Part shown: in pieces, positions 11,182 through 25,118 of the stretch
Numbering within the stretch: the first letter of the stretch is position 1
How the letters are laid out: every line of letters starts with the position of its first letter
NCBI GenBank assembly: GCA_030141605.1
Contig: JAQGDQ010000042.1
Coordinates: forward strand, 496,001 to 560,000
Reading direction: 5' to 3'
Source: Tubiluchus corallicola
Lineage: Eukaryota > Animalia > Priapulida
Length of the DNA stretch: 64,000 bases
The notes under the pieces: model-generated
Databases searched by the model: none
The model's input: the letters and a program-made list of their open reading frames with translations, nothing else
What the model was told of the DNA's origin: nothing
Program-made: the position numbers and the translations under genes

Positions 11182-13988
11182 ATGACGTTAATTAACGTGC
11201 ATCGATATATATTCTTCGTTGCAGTTGTTACTGGTACGAGAGTTTTTATATCTTTCGGTTGTGTGCATGCGCTCAGATCCAGGAAGTTTTATAATCAAAA
11301 AAACAGTTTGTGTATACATCTCATAAATCTAGGCGTGGTTTCAGGCGCTTATAGCATTCTCTTCAAGAATATGAGATTATAGGACCTAACTAACGTTTCA
11401 CTTGAAGAGATTTTATGGAGCCGACTGACCTGTTTATAGGATCTAATTTATAGTACTGTAATAATAAATCCACTTAACTCATTTCATACAGTGGCTTAGT
11501 TGTTAGTGTGCATATAACATAGTGGTCATATGCATATAAGCATGTAGTGGGAGTAATGTGATCAATTGTTTCACGTTTGTCATTTTTTGGCAGTTATACT
11601 GGGTACACGATTAACACAAAATTGCAAGTTCTGGCTATATGATAATTATAATACAATCTAATTGTTTACATACTTTTTATACTTGTTTCAGTTGTTGTAA
11701 GCCAGCAATATGGCGTCCGAGATCAAGGCACCTTGTTTGGTCGAAGAACTCGCTGTTATGCTTGTGGTTCAAGTGAAATGACAAGCTCAAAATGTGGAAA
11801 ACGTGAAATTCCCACTGGTATTCCTTGCTGTGCTGATCCATTCAACCGTTCAAGTATAGTAGCAGCACTCAGAGAGGGAAGCAAGACAGGAGATGTTGGA
11901 TCTGAAGGCATAGAGGAGGAATGTGATTATTGTCTGAAGGTCAGATATACTTGGAGGTGTAAGTACTGTGATTCGCTGATCAAAACCATTCTCTCTTCTC
12001 TTTGTATTAAAAAATATACTAGATTCTGTTGACTCAGTGTTGATTTTAGATGACAGTGACACTAATGCTATAGACTGTACTAATAACAGTGTGATATTAT
12101 GCATAACATGGTGACATCTGTTGACAAGAGCTTAAAAAGCAGTATAAGTTAGTGCCCGTTAATAAGATAATTAAAAATTATAGATCTGACATCTTTACAT
12201 CTAATGCAATGAATAATGCATCATCTAATGTACTGGCCCAAATCAATATCAGTGGGAACTGGATAGAAGATACAGGTGTGTCTTCTGCTTTTATGTTATA
12301 CACATAGAATTCGTAAATCGTTGGATTATCAATAAGACTTGTAAAAGTCCTATTATACACAAAGATTGCTTTGTTGTATGGAGAACAATGTTTTTAGCTC
12401 TTTTGTTTTGTTGAGTAAGAATTATTTTTTGGCATTATGTAACTATAACTTCTAAATTGATGAATTTGATATTTCTCCAACATGTCCAACATTGCACAAA
12501 TTGAAACTTCCCTGTTGAGCATTGAAGTTTAAGAACTTGTTTTATCCAGTGCAAGCCTTGTCATCTGTAATCCTTCCACGGTGTCAGTTTACATAATTAT
12601 ATATATTTTTGAAATGGTTGTTTCATCATTTACTGCACTTGAAATTTCTTTCTAACTGATGATTTCTTTTTCACTATGTGACTTTCTATTGCTACTTCAC
12701 CAACTTGAAGTTGCACACAAGGAAGTTAAGACTGGTGAAAAATAATATATATAACCAATAGTGTCTCTGATGTTTTAACTTTTAAATGAAATGTTTTTAC
12801 TGTTGAATATTTAACTTTTAAAGAAATGTTTTTACTATTGAATATAGATCTCTAGCAACATTGAGTAAGCCAGAGCAAATATTTTCATTTTTGTTGTAGT
12901 CAACTTAACCAGTCTTTTTGGACCAAAGTGTATTCATAAATGACTGACATGAACTTTCATTCGCAATTTGTCATACTGCACATAAAGTACTGTCAATGTC
13001 AACTTTTGTAATTATTTCGTCAAATCTGCACTGTAGATTCTTTTACTATTTTAATTGCATTGTGATATTTATGTTACAGACTGATGAAAATTTTATACAC
13101 TAATCTTTTTAATGGTTCTCTGTTAATTTTTAGGGAGACGTCCTGATGTGTTTGTAAGAAGATTATGTTACAATAGCCGCTTACAAACATCGGTAAAAAC
13201 TATAGAAGGGATTCTCAATGTTAGATACAATGCGGACAAGTGGTGGCCGTAAGTAAAGTACTAATACCTACTACCTATTAATGTTGGTGGTTCCATGAAT
13301 CTGCAAAGTTATCAAAGACGATCAGTGCAGGCAGATGTAACTGTGGTACTGATTGTTTTATGTTGATGTACCTGGATTTCTATCTAGTAGAAATATCGAA
13401 ATACAGTACACCATTATGTGTGTTACTGAACTACTTTATTTGCAATGCGTTCTGAGGCATTAATAAATAACACTGATAACTTTTTAACAAGTGAGAATTA
13501 GTACCTAAATTAAACACCAGCATAAATCCTAGAGTATGTTTGATTCTTCTATTGTGTGGGAAATCCTCATTTTCAGCTCATCAGTCTGTAGTATCACATG
13601 ACCATTTCAAAAAAAATGAGTCAGCATCTCATTGACATCTCTTGGCCAAGTACTATGTTTCGAATACCTATCACTAGTAGCAGAGCTAGAGAAGGCTTAC
13701 TCTGCATAGTCCAAAAGTAGGATTAATCACACGTACTGTACCTAAATAAAGTATCTTGTTTACAGTGATACAAGCAGAGAAGACAGATGGAAATCGGATC
13801 GGTTGAGAAGAGATAAAGATGCATTAGAAGCAGGCAAGTGTTTGAAAAAACGCGAGGAAACAGCCAGTCATGATTTGTACATCGAAATATGCTCATGTTT
13901 TGGAGATTTGTGTAACATAGCTGTTCATTGCAGGATTTCACTTATTGTTATGGTTGCGTCCCTCTGCATTACTTTCTTCAGATTGTAA
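11182..13988 (+). CDS. Ly6/uPAR three-finger, quiver/sleepless-like GPI-anchored protein, paralogue B (4 coding exons, about 218 aa)
   Basis: Exons 11182-11233, 11692-11958, 13134-13248, 13766-13988, GT-AG, phases 1,1,2 (same as paralogue A). Signal peptide; CYAC..C..CCADPF..CDYCLK..RLCY..C..ICSCFGDLCN; hydrophobic C-terminal tail. Confidence 0.88.
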
Positions 13989-15987
13989 TGATGGTGCTGC
14001 CAAGCTAACCCGTCCATAAAGTTTATTTCTATTAAATTCACAGATCAAAACCACTTGATAATTATCTTTACAGGATAATATAGGAAATAGTCATAATACG
14101 TAATACTCAAAAATGACTTTAAAGCCACCCTTATTCTGTTATTAGGACACTTAATTACTACTTCAGATTACAGTATAACATCGTGAACATGCTTTATTGC
14201 GCACACGCCGAAAATGCAAACTCCCAGAACAAAACGAACTTTCAATATGTAGCATGTATAATAGTTTCGAATACTGTATTCCGTTATTGCAGATTTTTTA
14301 TCGTGCCCTATTGCCAATATTACTGTATATTTATCAATTGTTATAGCCAGCCGTCTGCAAATTCATTTACAGTTAAAGTTAAACCGCCATTCCTGAAGTT
14401 GCAAAAATTGTTGGGTATGCACTATACAGCAAGTTGTTAAAGTCACGTCGATAGGGCGTCATTTTTGTCAACTAGTTGCGCAAAAACAGTGAGTCACTCA
14501 GCAGCTTAACACCCCATCTGTTTCACCTACGTATGTACACTGGCAGCGCACTAATGTGATGCTGCAAAAACATTTTTTACTAGGGACAAACAGAAATTTT
14601 GTGTAAAAAAAATTGAACGACTTTTTTTGGATCTCATTTACTTTACTGAACATCTCAAGTAAATTTACAGCTGAACCTGTGCATGCAATTTAATACCAAA
14701 CGTTCATCAACTTTTAGTTTATTGAAGCCAAAAAATGTAATTTCATTGAAAGTAAATATACTGCAAAGTAGTAAATACTTGACAGCATCTTCTAAAAGTA
14801 CTTTTACGTTCTTTCTGAATCCACACATTGTACATTGTTACACTTTTGTTATAATACATGCTTGTCCATCTAACACTTGTATACACATGATTAGCCGCAT
14901 ATGCTTATGTAGTACCCCTGTACTTTTTTCGGCATCCCTAGCAGGTTTGCTATAACGATCCTGTACAGTATATTATCGTTGTAAAATGTAAATGTTCACC
15001 GTGTCTTTAAAGGAGCTATCAAAATGGCTGTATGAAGCCCAATAGTATAATTACACGAAGTTTGAAATACTACTTGTTTGTTAGGTAAGTGCACTGTAAA
15101 TATTCTGCATAATAGCCTATTTGAAATTAAGTTATGTTTTTAATACTGAAAGTACTCATTTTATGCGATTTGTGCACAATATTTTATAGGTCTGATAGTG
15201 TAGTACTTTAGTGGAACTTGTTAAAGTTACCGAATCTCATCCATATTTTCTGTTGTATTACACAGTTAGTTTTATACGAAAATAATACTGTACGGCCTAA
15301 TGATAATTTTAAAAATTCAAATGTACAGTTATACTGTTTACATTGTCTGCATGCACCACTATTTTTTGGACATTTTTGAGTATGAAATACTATTAATATT
15401 AACTTCAATTTTATACATTTTATATGAAGACAAATATGTATAGTATATTAGACATGGAGGGGAGATAGTTATTTGATTACTGATAATAAATATTTTGACT
15501 TTTGTAGAAATGCTTTTAAATTATTGGTACCGTGCAGCAGTCGGTGATGGTAATAGATACAGGTAGATAATAATATACTAAAACAAAATTTTGGAAAACA
15601 ATGACATAGTGTTGTTAAAAATAACATCCAAACATTCATCTGTTAAATGCACACGATTTAAGTCAAAGTTTTGTTAATTATCAATAGAAATTTACACTTT
15701 GTCTAGGACAGAAGCCAGTATGTGTACCTGAACTTCTGTATTACCACAAATTTATCCATAGTATTTAGTAGCACCAGCCACTTTCGTACAAAAATTTATA
15801 ACAAATCCTCTAAACAGTAGCTTCCCAGGCAATGACATGCATTTTCATTAAACTACAGAAATGCTCAAGAGAAATAACATCCTCTCTCTCTTGCTTATGG
15901 AAATACAAGTTACTCGGGGAGGAAATTACATAAAAACTCTTGACACAGCAGACTAAAGTATGCAAGGTTCTGTGTAACAATGAACAT

Positions 15988-16345
15988 CAGGGCCAGATTA
16001 TTCTATATGGTAGTATAAACTGCAGCCTATTTCCCTCAAGCTTTAATAAAATTTAGTAAGAAATCTGTCTTTTCACAGTGAATGTGTTGAACTATGTGAC
16101 AATTTTGTTTGCAATAAACAGCAAAAAGTGGATTTCTTACAGAATGTTTTTACTGACACACGAAAATTAGCTACGCTAGTTTATTTAAAGAATGTGCAAT
16201 AAGTTTACTTCAAGTTATGTAGATGCTGCTAAAATATATCACGAGTAAAAAATATTCAAGTCGTGCGGACGAGTTAGAGAGTGGTTTGAAGGGGTTCAAT
16301 AATTTCATCAGCCTAGGGGTCTTAAAAAGTAATAATCCGGCCCTG
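15988..16345. mobile_element. hAT-type MITE (CAGGGCCGGATTA family)
   Basis: TIRs CAGGGCCAGATTATT / AATAATCCGGCCCTG; degraded 8-bp TSD (5/8). Same end family as 22441-22810. Confidence 0.7.
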
Positions 16346-17478
16346 GCGAACAAAGCGTTGTCTCCATTTACTTGCCTTGAACTACAACCATGTTTAATGA
16401 GAAAGCGCTTTGTTCTTTAAGGCTTTTGGTACAATATATCCATTTACAATTTGCTATTATACACTACTTTGTAAATTAGCACATTCAAGCAAACACCTAG
16501 CAATGTCTACTAGAAGATTTTGTAGGGTATAAAAATACACCGTTACAAGCACCAGAGTTACAAAATCGAAAATTTGATATTTTAAAATAATCTCATATTA
16601 ATTTCACCCCTCATAATGTATCACTTTCACACTGAGAAAATTATTTCCTTTTCCCAAATTACGATCCAATATGATATGCCACTTTTAACCACCATCACTT
16701 CAAATATACCTCAAATGTTTAAGTATATAAGTAATAAACCAACAAGGAAACCATTTAGACTACAACAACAACATTGCAACATTACAATATGTAGTTTCAC
16801 ATAATAAAACAAATTAAGTAGTACTAGAGTCAGTTGTTAATTTTCATTGCAAAAGAACATGATTTATAATGTCTACAGTAAATACGACTAGGACACCACT
16901 AATACCTAAATAACGAGACAAGTATATAACATATTTGTATAAAAACAACAAAAACAAAAAAACAGAAAATGTGTTGTGTTTCAATGAAAAACATTGAATG
17001 AGATAAAGAGAAACCCACAATTCTGTTATAAGACTTATTTGCCACTAGCACTAGTAGAGGTATGATGACATTTCAGAGAAAATTTAATGAGAAAACTAAT
17101 CAAGTTAGCCAATACAGTATTGTGCATATGAGAAAAACACCTAAAACAGCCCTATGAAATGTGCAAAATCCTGTGTGCCATAAATAACCTTCATGCTTCA
17201 TGATATGTGAGTGAGATGCTAATTTCAATACTTAAATTTTGAAAGTGTTCCAGAACAGCACAATTACCTCCCTATGTGCATCTACTATACCATCAGTAAA
17301 AACAGATTAACAATTTTTTAGAAATATTTGTGCAAAGAATTCCCACTTTGCATTAAGTCAACACGATATTGATATAAAAATATAACGACTGATTTTAGAA
17401 CTAATAATTTTAGGACTACTCTAGTTAGTCCTTTCCTTATAAAAATGATTCTGGTAAGCTAAATTATCTCCTTTAGCA

Positions 17479-20400
17479 TTATAGTTCTTCATGAATTGCT
17501 TGGCCCCAGTTGGTTACTTGACTGCCAAGAAAGACTTCATATTTGTTCAATGCTTCTTCTTTGGACAACTGCATATCCTACATATAAAAAACGAAAGCAT
17601 GGATGAACAGTAGTACAGCAATTATATTCTACTGAATATTCCGTAACTAAAAGAATAATACTGTACAAAACATGACAAATACTCACTTCAGCATCGATAT
17701 GTTACTGTATAAACTGAATAAAAAATAATAATGCGGCACTATTGAAAAATAGGCTGTTAATATAATCAGGATCTTACAGTCAGAAATTTCCATATTAAGG
17801 TTTATTACCACACACCAGTTTTTTTAACAAATTTTGCAATTCGTCAACAGAGTCGTGATGGAAAATAGATTTGCTATTTTGCAACATGCTGTTTATGTCC
17901 ATTGCAACTCAGAATAAAGTCTGCCATTTGTCAACAGTGTCACCGCTGTCACGTGATCAATTAATAGTAAAATGTACAGTAGGCAACAGAAAGCAGCTGT
18001 TGAAAAACTATTAGCTGCACTTACACAGTACAGTAAATGTACAATGTAGAGTAGGTAAAATGTTGTTGTTTGTGTGTATTTACAGTAACTTGTTAGTAAT
18101 CATTCACATAATTCTGAATGTTTAGTGGTGAATAATAAAACAGATAATGGATAGTTTTCTTCGGGCACAGCACATGTATAGCACCTGGAGAATACTGCTG
18201 GTGACAATCCCTTGGAGTCATAAACACACGGCTGCCCTCAAACAAGTGTATGTATATTACTAAACCTTACTAGTATTACTAACTAGTGATACTTTTCTCA
18301 CTAAAACACTATCATAGTATTATATAGCTATGAAGAAAATGTGAAGTCTTAACATAATTACTACTATTACTGGCTCGTAATTGCAAAGCAACAAATAAGA
18401 AAAAAGTTGACCATAACATGGCGGTAAGCAAGCAAAATAGTTAGTATCAGATGTGATGGGACCATGCATGGTGAGACATAGCCAGTATAGGACATGCATT
18501 CTCAAACAAATGTATGCTAAGATTTTTTATACCTCGATTTGCTGCTGGATATATATTATGAGTGATAATACTGTATATAGAGTGCCCAAGAAGGCTTGGG
18601 TACTAATATTGAGATCATGACTTATGATGGCAAATTTCCTTGGTTTAGCCAAAATCCGTACAAAAACAGAAATTGTGAAAACAGGCATCAAATAGGCATG
18701 AAACGATCTCTTTATAAAGAAAATGTAAATTGTAACAATAGTCAAGCTCACTTAATGCATAAGAATGCAAAAACAGTCATTTTACAAACAACCAAGACCC
18801 CAAAGTTTGATTTGTCAACACAGATTACAAACTACAGAATCTTGATAGTTACACTTACACGATCCTCATCAGCTGAGTAAATGAGATGATTTGCCTCTGC
18901 ACGAGCGTGGTCATAATTAACAGGTAAAATCCATTCTTGCACTTCAGCTGGACTCATTTTACCATCACCATCTACATCACGAACTTTGGCAAAATTTTCT
19001 CTTTCATGCTGCACCCAGTCAGGTTCGGGTTCACCCTCACGCTCAGGCCGATACATATCAGCTGCAATGAATGAAGTAGAAAAAATAAATGTTACTAGAA
19101 CACTGTGAATGAGCACAACCATTGCTGTTTTCATTTCTTAGTGACACTAAAGATTTTTGCATACACAATCACAAGGACAGATTTTGTACGACGGCAGCAG
19201 AGATGGGCGGATATTACTTTCTCGTTTACCTGCAACTGCAAAATCCGCAACTATACATGCCCACATCTGCACACCCCGCGGATTGAGTAAAAATTGAATA
19301 TCCACATATCCGCAAAAATGTAGGCAACAACTAGGCCTGCTGTGTGTGCCCTATAAAATGTTTTTTGTATGAAGGTAGGAGGAATCAATAATAAATTACT
19401 AGCCAGACCCCAGTTTTGCTTGTAAACCCTCAACAACGACTCACACTGCATGATGTACATAGTATATCACTCAACCATATCAACCACATCGCAACACAAA
19501 CCATACTACACCTGAGAAAAAATTTTTGCAATTATAAGCAATGTTTTGCGTCTAGGAATTTCCAGGCAAAGTTTCAGGAAGCAGCGAAAAAGCAAGAGGT
19601 GATGAGAACATCTTAAATTAAAGCAGTATTGAAAGGTGTTTAATTTGATAGCAAAACTTAATGCGTAAGGAAAGGCTCAACGAACTGAAATTGGGTAAAC
19701 TTTTTGTGCAAACACTGAATACTGTGCATAATTAGCTTTTGCATGCTGCAATTTAGCGTAAAATCCGCGATTTCAGGCAATAAAAATCCGCAGTCCGCAT
19801 ATGCGCACATAATTCACTATACGCAATCCGCAAATCAGCAAAATTAGTGCGGATTCCGTAAACGCGTGACTGCAAATCCGCTATTCACCCATCTCTGAAC
19901 CGCATTTCTGCTAAAAATTTGCAACAAAAAGAGAACATACCTATGTATTCTTCTCTGCTTAAATATCCATCACCATCTAAGTCAATACTCTCCATTGTTT
20001 CCTGAAGATTACATAAGGAAAAAGTTAAATTTAATTTAAAATCGACAAAACCAGATTTTCTCAGCAATTCTGTTTCATTGCATGTTTTAACCAAAAATAC
20101 AGCACATTATTAGCACATAGTACCTAAATTATCATCCAACTTTCTGTACATCTTTATTGTATTGTTTTCTGCATATTTAAAGTAGTATGCATAACATTTT
20201 TCTATGCTGCTGGCTTTGATGTATGACTAGACCTATCGGCTCATAATGGTTACCTTGTTTTCTTTATTCATAGGTTAGGCAGGAGTCAAATCAGGCAATC
20301 AGTCTGGTTTAATTTGCAGAGCCACTTATTTCACAGATCTAAGGTTTCTGACCACATAGTTAAATCTACTATTTCACTAAAACACACTACACGTATTTAA

Positions 20401-23400
20401 AGTAAGCAGAGTTGCAAGCACCCTCGTTCTTAGTTTGGTGCCCTACCCAACGATTGACAACTTTTGAAAGGCATTAGTTATATGATGATGTTGGTGGAGC
20501 TAAATGCACTATTCGATACACAATCGTGAACAATGCACTAAGTTAGCTGGCTGGCTGGAGACTGGTATGGTACAGTTGAGGTTACGGAGCTTTGGTTGCC
20601 AGTTTTGTCCATGGTAAGAGTAGTCCATGAGAATGGCGGGATGCTAAATCAATTGCTCCACTTGGGGAAAATTTCGGTTGTGAATTTTATGCCGTTACAG
20701 CCATGAACTCAGAAAAATGAAATTTATAAATGTAAGACTGTTTATCATGACATAGAAATGCAAAAGATATCAAGTTGCTTGTTTACTTGTAAGTGCAAGT
20801 ATTGAAATAATCTATTTTGGAAAAATTTATTTTAATTTAGTCTAAAAATTAAAAACGGTAATGCATCATTTTACGTAATATAACTAAACACGCACTACGA
20901 AATCCAAACATGCAAATTTGCTAACTAAAACTTACAAGAACAATAACTTCATGCATATGCCTTGATTCTTCGGGATGTAAAAAGTCTGTAAACTCTTGTC
21001 TAGAAAGGCCACCATCTTTGTTTATATCAGCTTGATCCCATCGTCTCTTGTCTCTAGCCAACATCTCCACAAACCGCGTGCCTTCTTCATCATCTAAACA
21101 AGTAAATAACAATGACGAACAAATATGAAACTTCGAACACATTGCTCAAATGATTTTTACCTAGGGATTAAATGATTTCATCAAAGAAATAATACTCAAA
21201 GCAAAAGGCCGACCTAAAATAAAAACTTCTGTTCAACCCCCTACATATTTTTAAAAAATTCTTACGCAAATCACTGTAACAGACTCACTTACCAGTCTCG
21301 GGGCGGTCACCATAAGTGATCTTTTTAAAATCATCCCAAGTTATAAACGCCGTGTCAGACTTGCCGCCGTAATATGACCACTGATTCTCAACATCATCAA
21401 CTACATATCTTTGTTGAAAAGAAACAAACAGGAATTATTAATTATAACACTTCTGCTGCATAATAATCTTCTCATTGTTTCTGCTACGACACACAAAAAA
21501 CATGAAATGATTTTCCACATTTCAATCTTAATACACTGTCAGAAAATTTGATTAGATTTTTAACATTGAAGAAGCTCAAATATACTCACTTTTTATGAAC
21601 TGTTCTTATCCAGTCAACAAGTTCCTCCTCGGTGATGATGTCATCACCATTAACATCTACTTTGTCCATAATGGCTCTAAAATATTCATGATTTAATTTT
21701 TGGAGGTATGTGCTAATGAATGTTTACTTGTAATTATAAAACAAATGACACAAAGACTATATAAAGGATAACATTTAAGATTTCACTATATACATACTAG
21801 CATGACTTTATTACTTTATTCCCTGGTTTTCACCTGCTTCTTACTCCTCAGTCATAAGCCATTTCCATTGGAGAGAGGGTAACTATAGTCTTAAGTATGA
21901 TTTAAATACAGTCTAAAGTCACTAGTAGCGATCATACAAATCTAGTTGCTATACATAAGAACACTAAGACTAGTGACAATTGACAACATCTCTCATTATG
22001 ATCATGCATGTTTTTTGGATGCACCAAGAAACAACAACCTACTTTTCTGAAATATGTCAGACTCAACTGACAATATTTCCAGCACTTATCTTTGACTTTT
22101 AAAGGGGAATGGAAGTGCACCTGTTAACCCAGCTAAAGCTTTATTTTATCACAAGTAGTTAAATTAGTTGGTTTTTTGTTGCAAAAGCAGCTTGCTTCAC
22201 ATCACCTTCATTTTCACCTGGCATGATGTCACTGGTGTCACTGCAGCAAGATTAAGAAGTGTGTTGCAAAATAAACAGTGGCTAATATACAGCATTTACA
22301 GACAGACAGATTTATCTATTAGCCATTTTAATCTAGTTGTGGTGGTTTAACTTATATATGAATGGATTTAGGTAGGGTCTATGTGGAGACATTCAAACCT
22401 GTAGATGCCCAAAACAGGGAGATTTAGCTACAGATCTAATCAGGGCTGGATTATGACCTTATGGGGTCCTAGACTAATAAAATTATGAGGCCCCCTCAGA
22501 CGAAGCTGCCCGCTAAAAAATGACTCATTCGCACCCATTTTAAATATTTTTTACTTGCGATGTATTTTAGCGACATTTATACACCTTGAAGTAAACTTAC
22601 CGCACATTTTTTAAATAAACTAAAACAGCTATCTTTTGTTCGTCAATAAAAATATTCTTTAAGAAATACCACTGTTTTACTAATGCAAACCAAATTAGCA
22701 CATATTTCAATATAAATTTTTAACCAAATGTTACCAAAGCTTGAGGGGCCCCCAAGATTGAGGGGTCCTAGGCTGTACCAATAAACTAGCCTATTGGATA
22801 ATCCGGCCTGGGTCTAATCGAGATGAGTGCTGTAAATTCCCATAGAGCGTTTTTGCATCTCTAGAATTTTTAAATATCTGTTTTAATACCAAATCTGTCA
22901 GTAGAAATGGTTTTCAGACAGCACTTTTTAACTCTTTTCAAGACATACTTTAAACAAATGGTCCTCACATTTTCAGACACTTGGGAAAACTTTGGCATTT
23001 GGGCAGAAGAAAGGTTACCTTAAACCTTTAAACCAAAATGTTGCACATAAGTATGTTTAATAATTAGGTATTACAATGGCAACTAAGCACAACCCCCACC
23101 CATATTCTATGTGCTGAGTACCCAGATGATTTTTTTCATGTTGTCTAGATGGTAGATGGACGATCCTACTTTGTGCAAAGTGAAGCATGTTCTACCTCAA
23201 TGTGATCCCATTTTGTGAGATGTTTATGTTGAGTTAACAGTTGGTGGAAAACGGAAAGTAATATTTCAAAATTTGGAGAATTGGAATGTCTATATGTCAA
23301 GTTTTTTGTCATACAAAATTTGCGACTGATCAATGTCTATATTCCCCAATACCATAACCTAATTATAAACAATAATAGGTTCAAAAATTCATTGATGGTT

Positions 23401-25118
23401 TGTAAGCCTCATGCCTCTTCAGCAATTCAGTGTTTCGTCACTAATGGTGACCTTACCATTTTGCCGTGTACAATGTAGGCCTATTTTAAAATTTATTGGG
23501 ATTTAATGTGTTGATTTATGGCTTCGTATCATAATTATGCGGGCGTAGCCTTACACAGCAGTTAAGAACAAATCAGATACTACTTTGAAAAGCTATTACA
23601 TTCTATGCAGTACAATTTGCAAATTTGTTGAAATGTGAAATTGCAGTAGCCATAAATAATTTGTTCAAACAAATATGTTTAAATTTTGCAAGCTGATATT
23701 TCATTTAATAAAAATTTTATTTCTTGACTATATTCATTTGCATAAGTGGTACATGCTACCAAACAACATTATCAAGCCATGATAGTGTCAAAACTCTACA
23801 CGACCAACATCTACAAGAAAGCAGGGGTTTCAAGAGACTGCTCACAAGAGTAACACTTGCTCTACAATACGTACACCATAGGTACAAATATAGAATTTTC
23901 TCTTGCTGATAACTGGCATCAACTTTGTAAAGCAAATCAATGTTCCTGGTGATTCGTGTCATCAATGACACAAACGGTGGTGTGCACTTACAACTTAGTT
24001 TAAATTCAATGAAATCCACACATTTTATTTTCAATGTAAGAACGTTAATTTAAAGTGTAACCATTCCCCATTAAGAATGCACAAAACTAGTTGTGCAAAC
24101 TAGAATTTATGGATTTAACATTTTACACATAACAGGCAACCATGCTGTATAAGTGTTTACCTTAACCTCTCCAGCACTTCAGCTTGAGGCAAATCTCTAA
24201 AGGTCTCAGCCTCATCTGGTCCCAAAAATGCATCTGCATCATAGTCTGGGTTGTGCTCTCCATGTTCATAGTGCTGTTTGTCACTAAACTAGAAATGAAT
24301 AAAAAGCCATAGATTTTTACATTGTAATCTGGCATTGTTGTACAGTGCTTGTCTACTCCAGAGATCTTGGGTTTAAATCCCATTCACACATGGATTTTTT
24401 GAGTCCTTCTTCACTTGCACAGGATTCTCTGACCACCTTTCCAGATCTACACAGCATTAACTAAATAAGTACTGGAGAAAGAAAGGTAGCCAAGTGATGA
24501 GGTAGCATACAGATATCAGCCTGTACACCTCATGTGTGTACTAAGGTTATAGACACAAGCTTTACAAAATTGACTAAGTAAAAACATGATTCAAACAGAA
24601 GAATAAACTGTTGTTTCTTAACTAAAAAATAAACAATAAAAAGTTGACTGAGACTGTGCATGCATAAACTGGCAAAGACAAAGCCTTCAGTGTATGTATG
24701 AGCTGCTTAGCCAAAGACAGTAGCACATTTTATGTTTAATTAGGATACCTTTCAATTTAGATAAGAATAATCAGTTTCTGATTAATCATTCAGAGCAGAT
24801 CTCATAGAAAAAACTAAGTACAACGTAACAACACACAACATGTAATGTCATATGCAAAGAGATGACCTTGCCATAGCCCCCACCATAAACAACATTAACA
24901 GATTTATCACACTATATTAAAAAAAACGAGATGATACTAGTCATGATTTGCAGTTGAAAAAATATCCTACATATAAAAAAGAGTGTGCTACAATACTGTC
25001 GAAAATTACTCTATAAATATATACATAATAAATAGTAAAGAAATACCTGACCACCAATGTCTGAGACTACACCTGAAACCACAAGGCAAAGCAGTACGAC
25101 GACAGAGAGGAACTTCAT
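17479..25118 (-). CDS. CALU: Calumenin/reticulocalbin (CREC family) multi-EF-hand ER calcium-binding protein (8 coding exons, about 307 aa)
   Basis: Exons 25118-25047, 24288-24161, 21676-21590, 21408-21293, 21093-20936, 20001-19941, 19061-18859, 17577-17479, all phase-consistent. Signal peptide MKFLSVVVLLCLVVSG; HNPDYDADAFLG; EF loops DVNGDDIITEEE, DINKDGGLSRQE, DLDGDGYLSREE, DVDGDGKMSPAE; FLHPEE; FLGSQVTNWG; C-terminal HEEL. Probably co-orthologous to CALU/RCN1/RCN3. Confidence 0.95.
19198..19897. mobile_element. hAT-type MITE in a calumenin intron
   Basis: TIRs CAGAGATGGG / CCCATCTCTG, sub-terminal ATCCGC repeats at both ends, degraded TSD (5/8). Confidence 0.75.
22441..22810. mobile_element. 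hAT-type MITE in a calumenin intron
   Basis: TIRs CAGGGCTGGATTAT / ATAATCCGGCCTG, GGGCCCC sub-terminal motifs, TSD GATCTAAT/GGTCTAAT (7/8). Confidence 0.8.
24325..24565 (+). mobile_element. Degenerate tRNA-derived SINE-like sequence
   Basis: B-box-like GGGTTTAAATCCC followed by a SINE-core-like body; heavily decayed. Confidence 0.35.

Noticed and set aside
14440-14560. Possible decayed BED zinc-finger remnant
   Set aside because: Requires several frameshifts and has no clear element boundaries; too weak to call.
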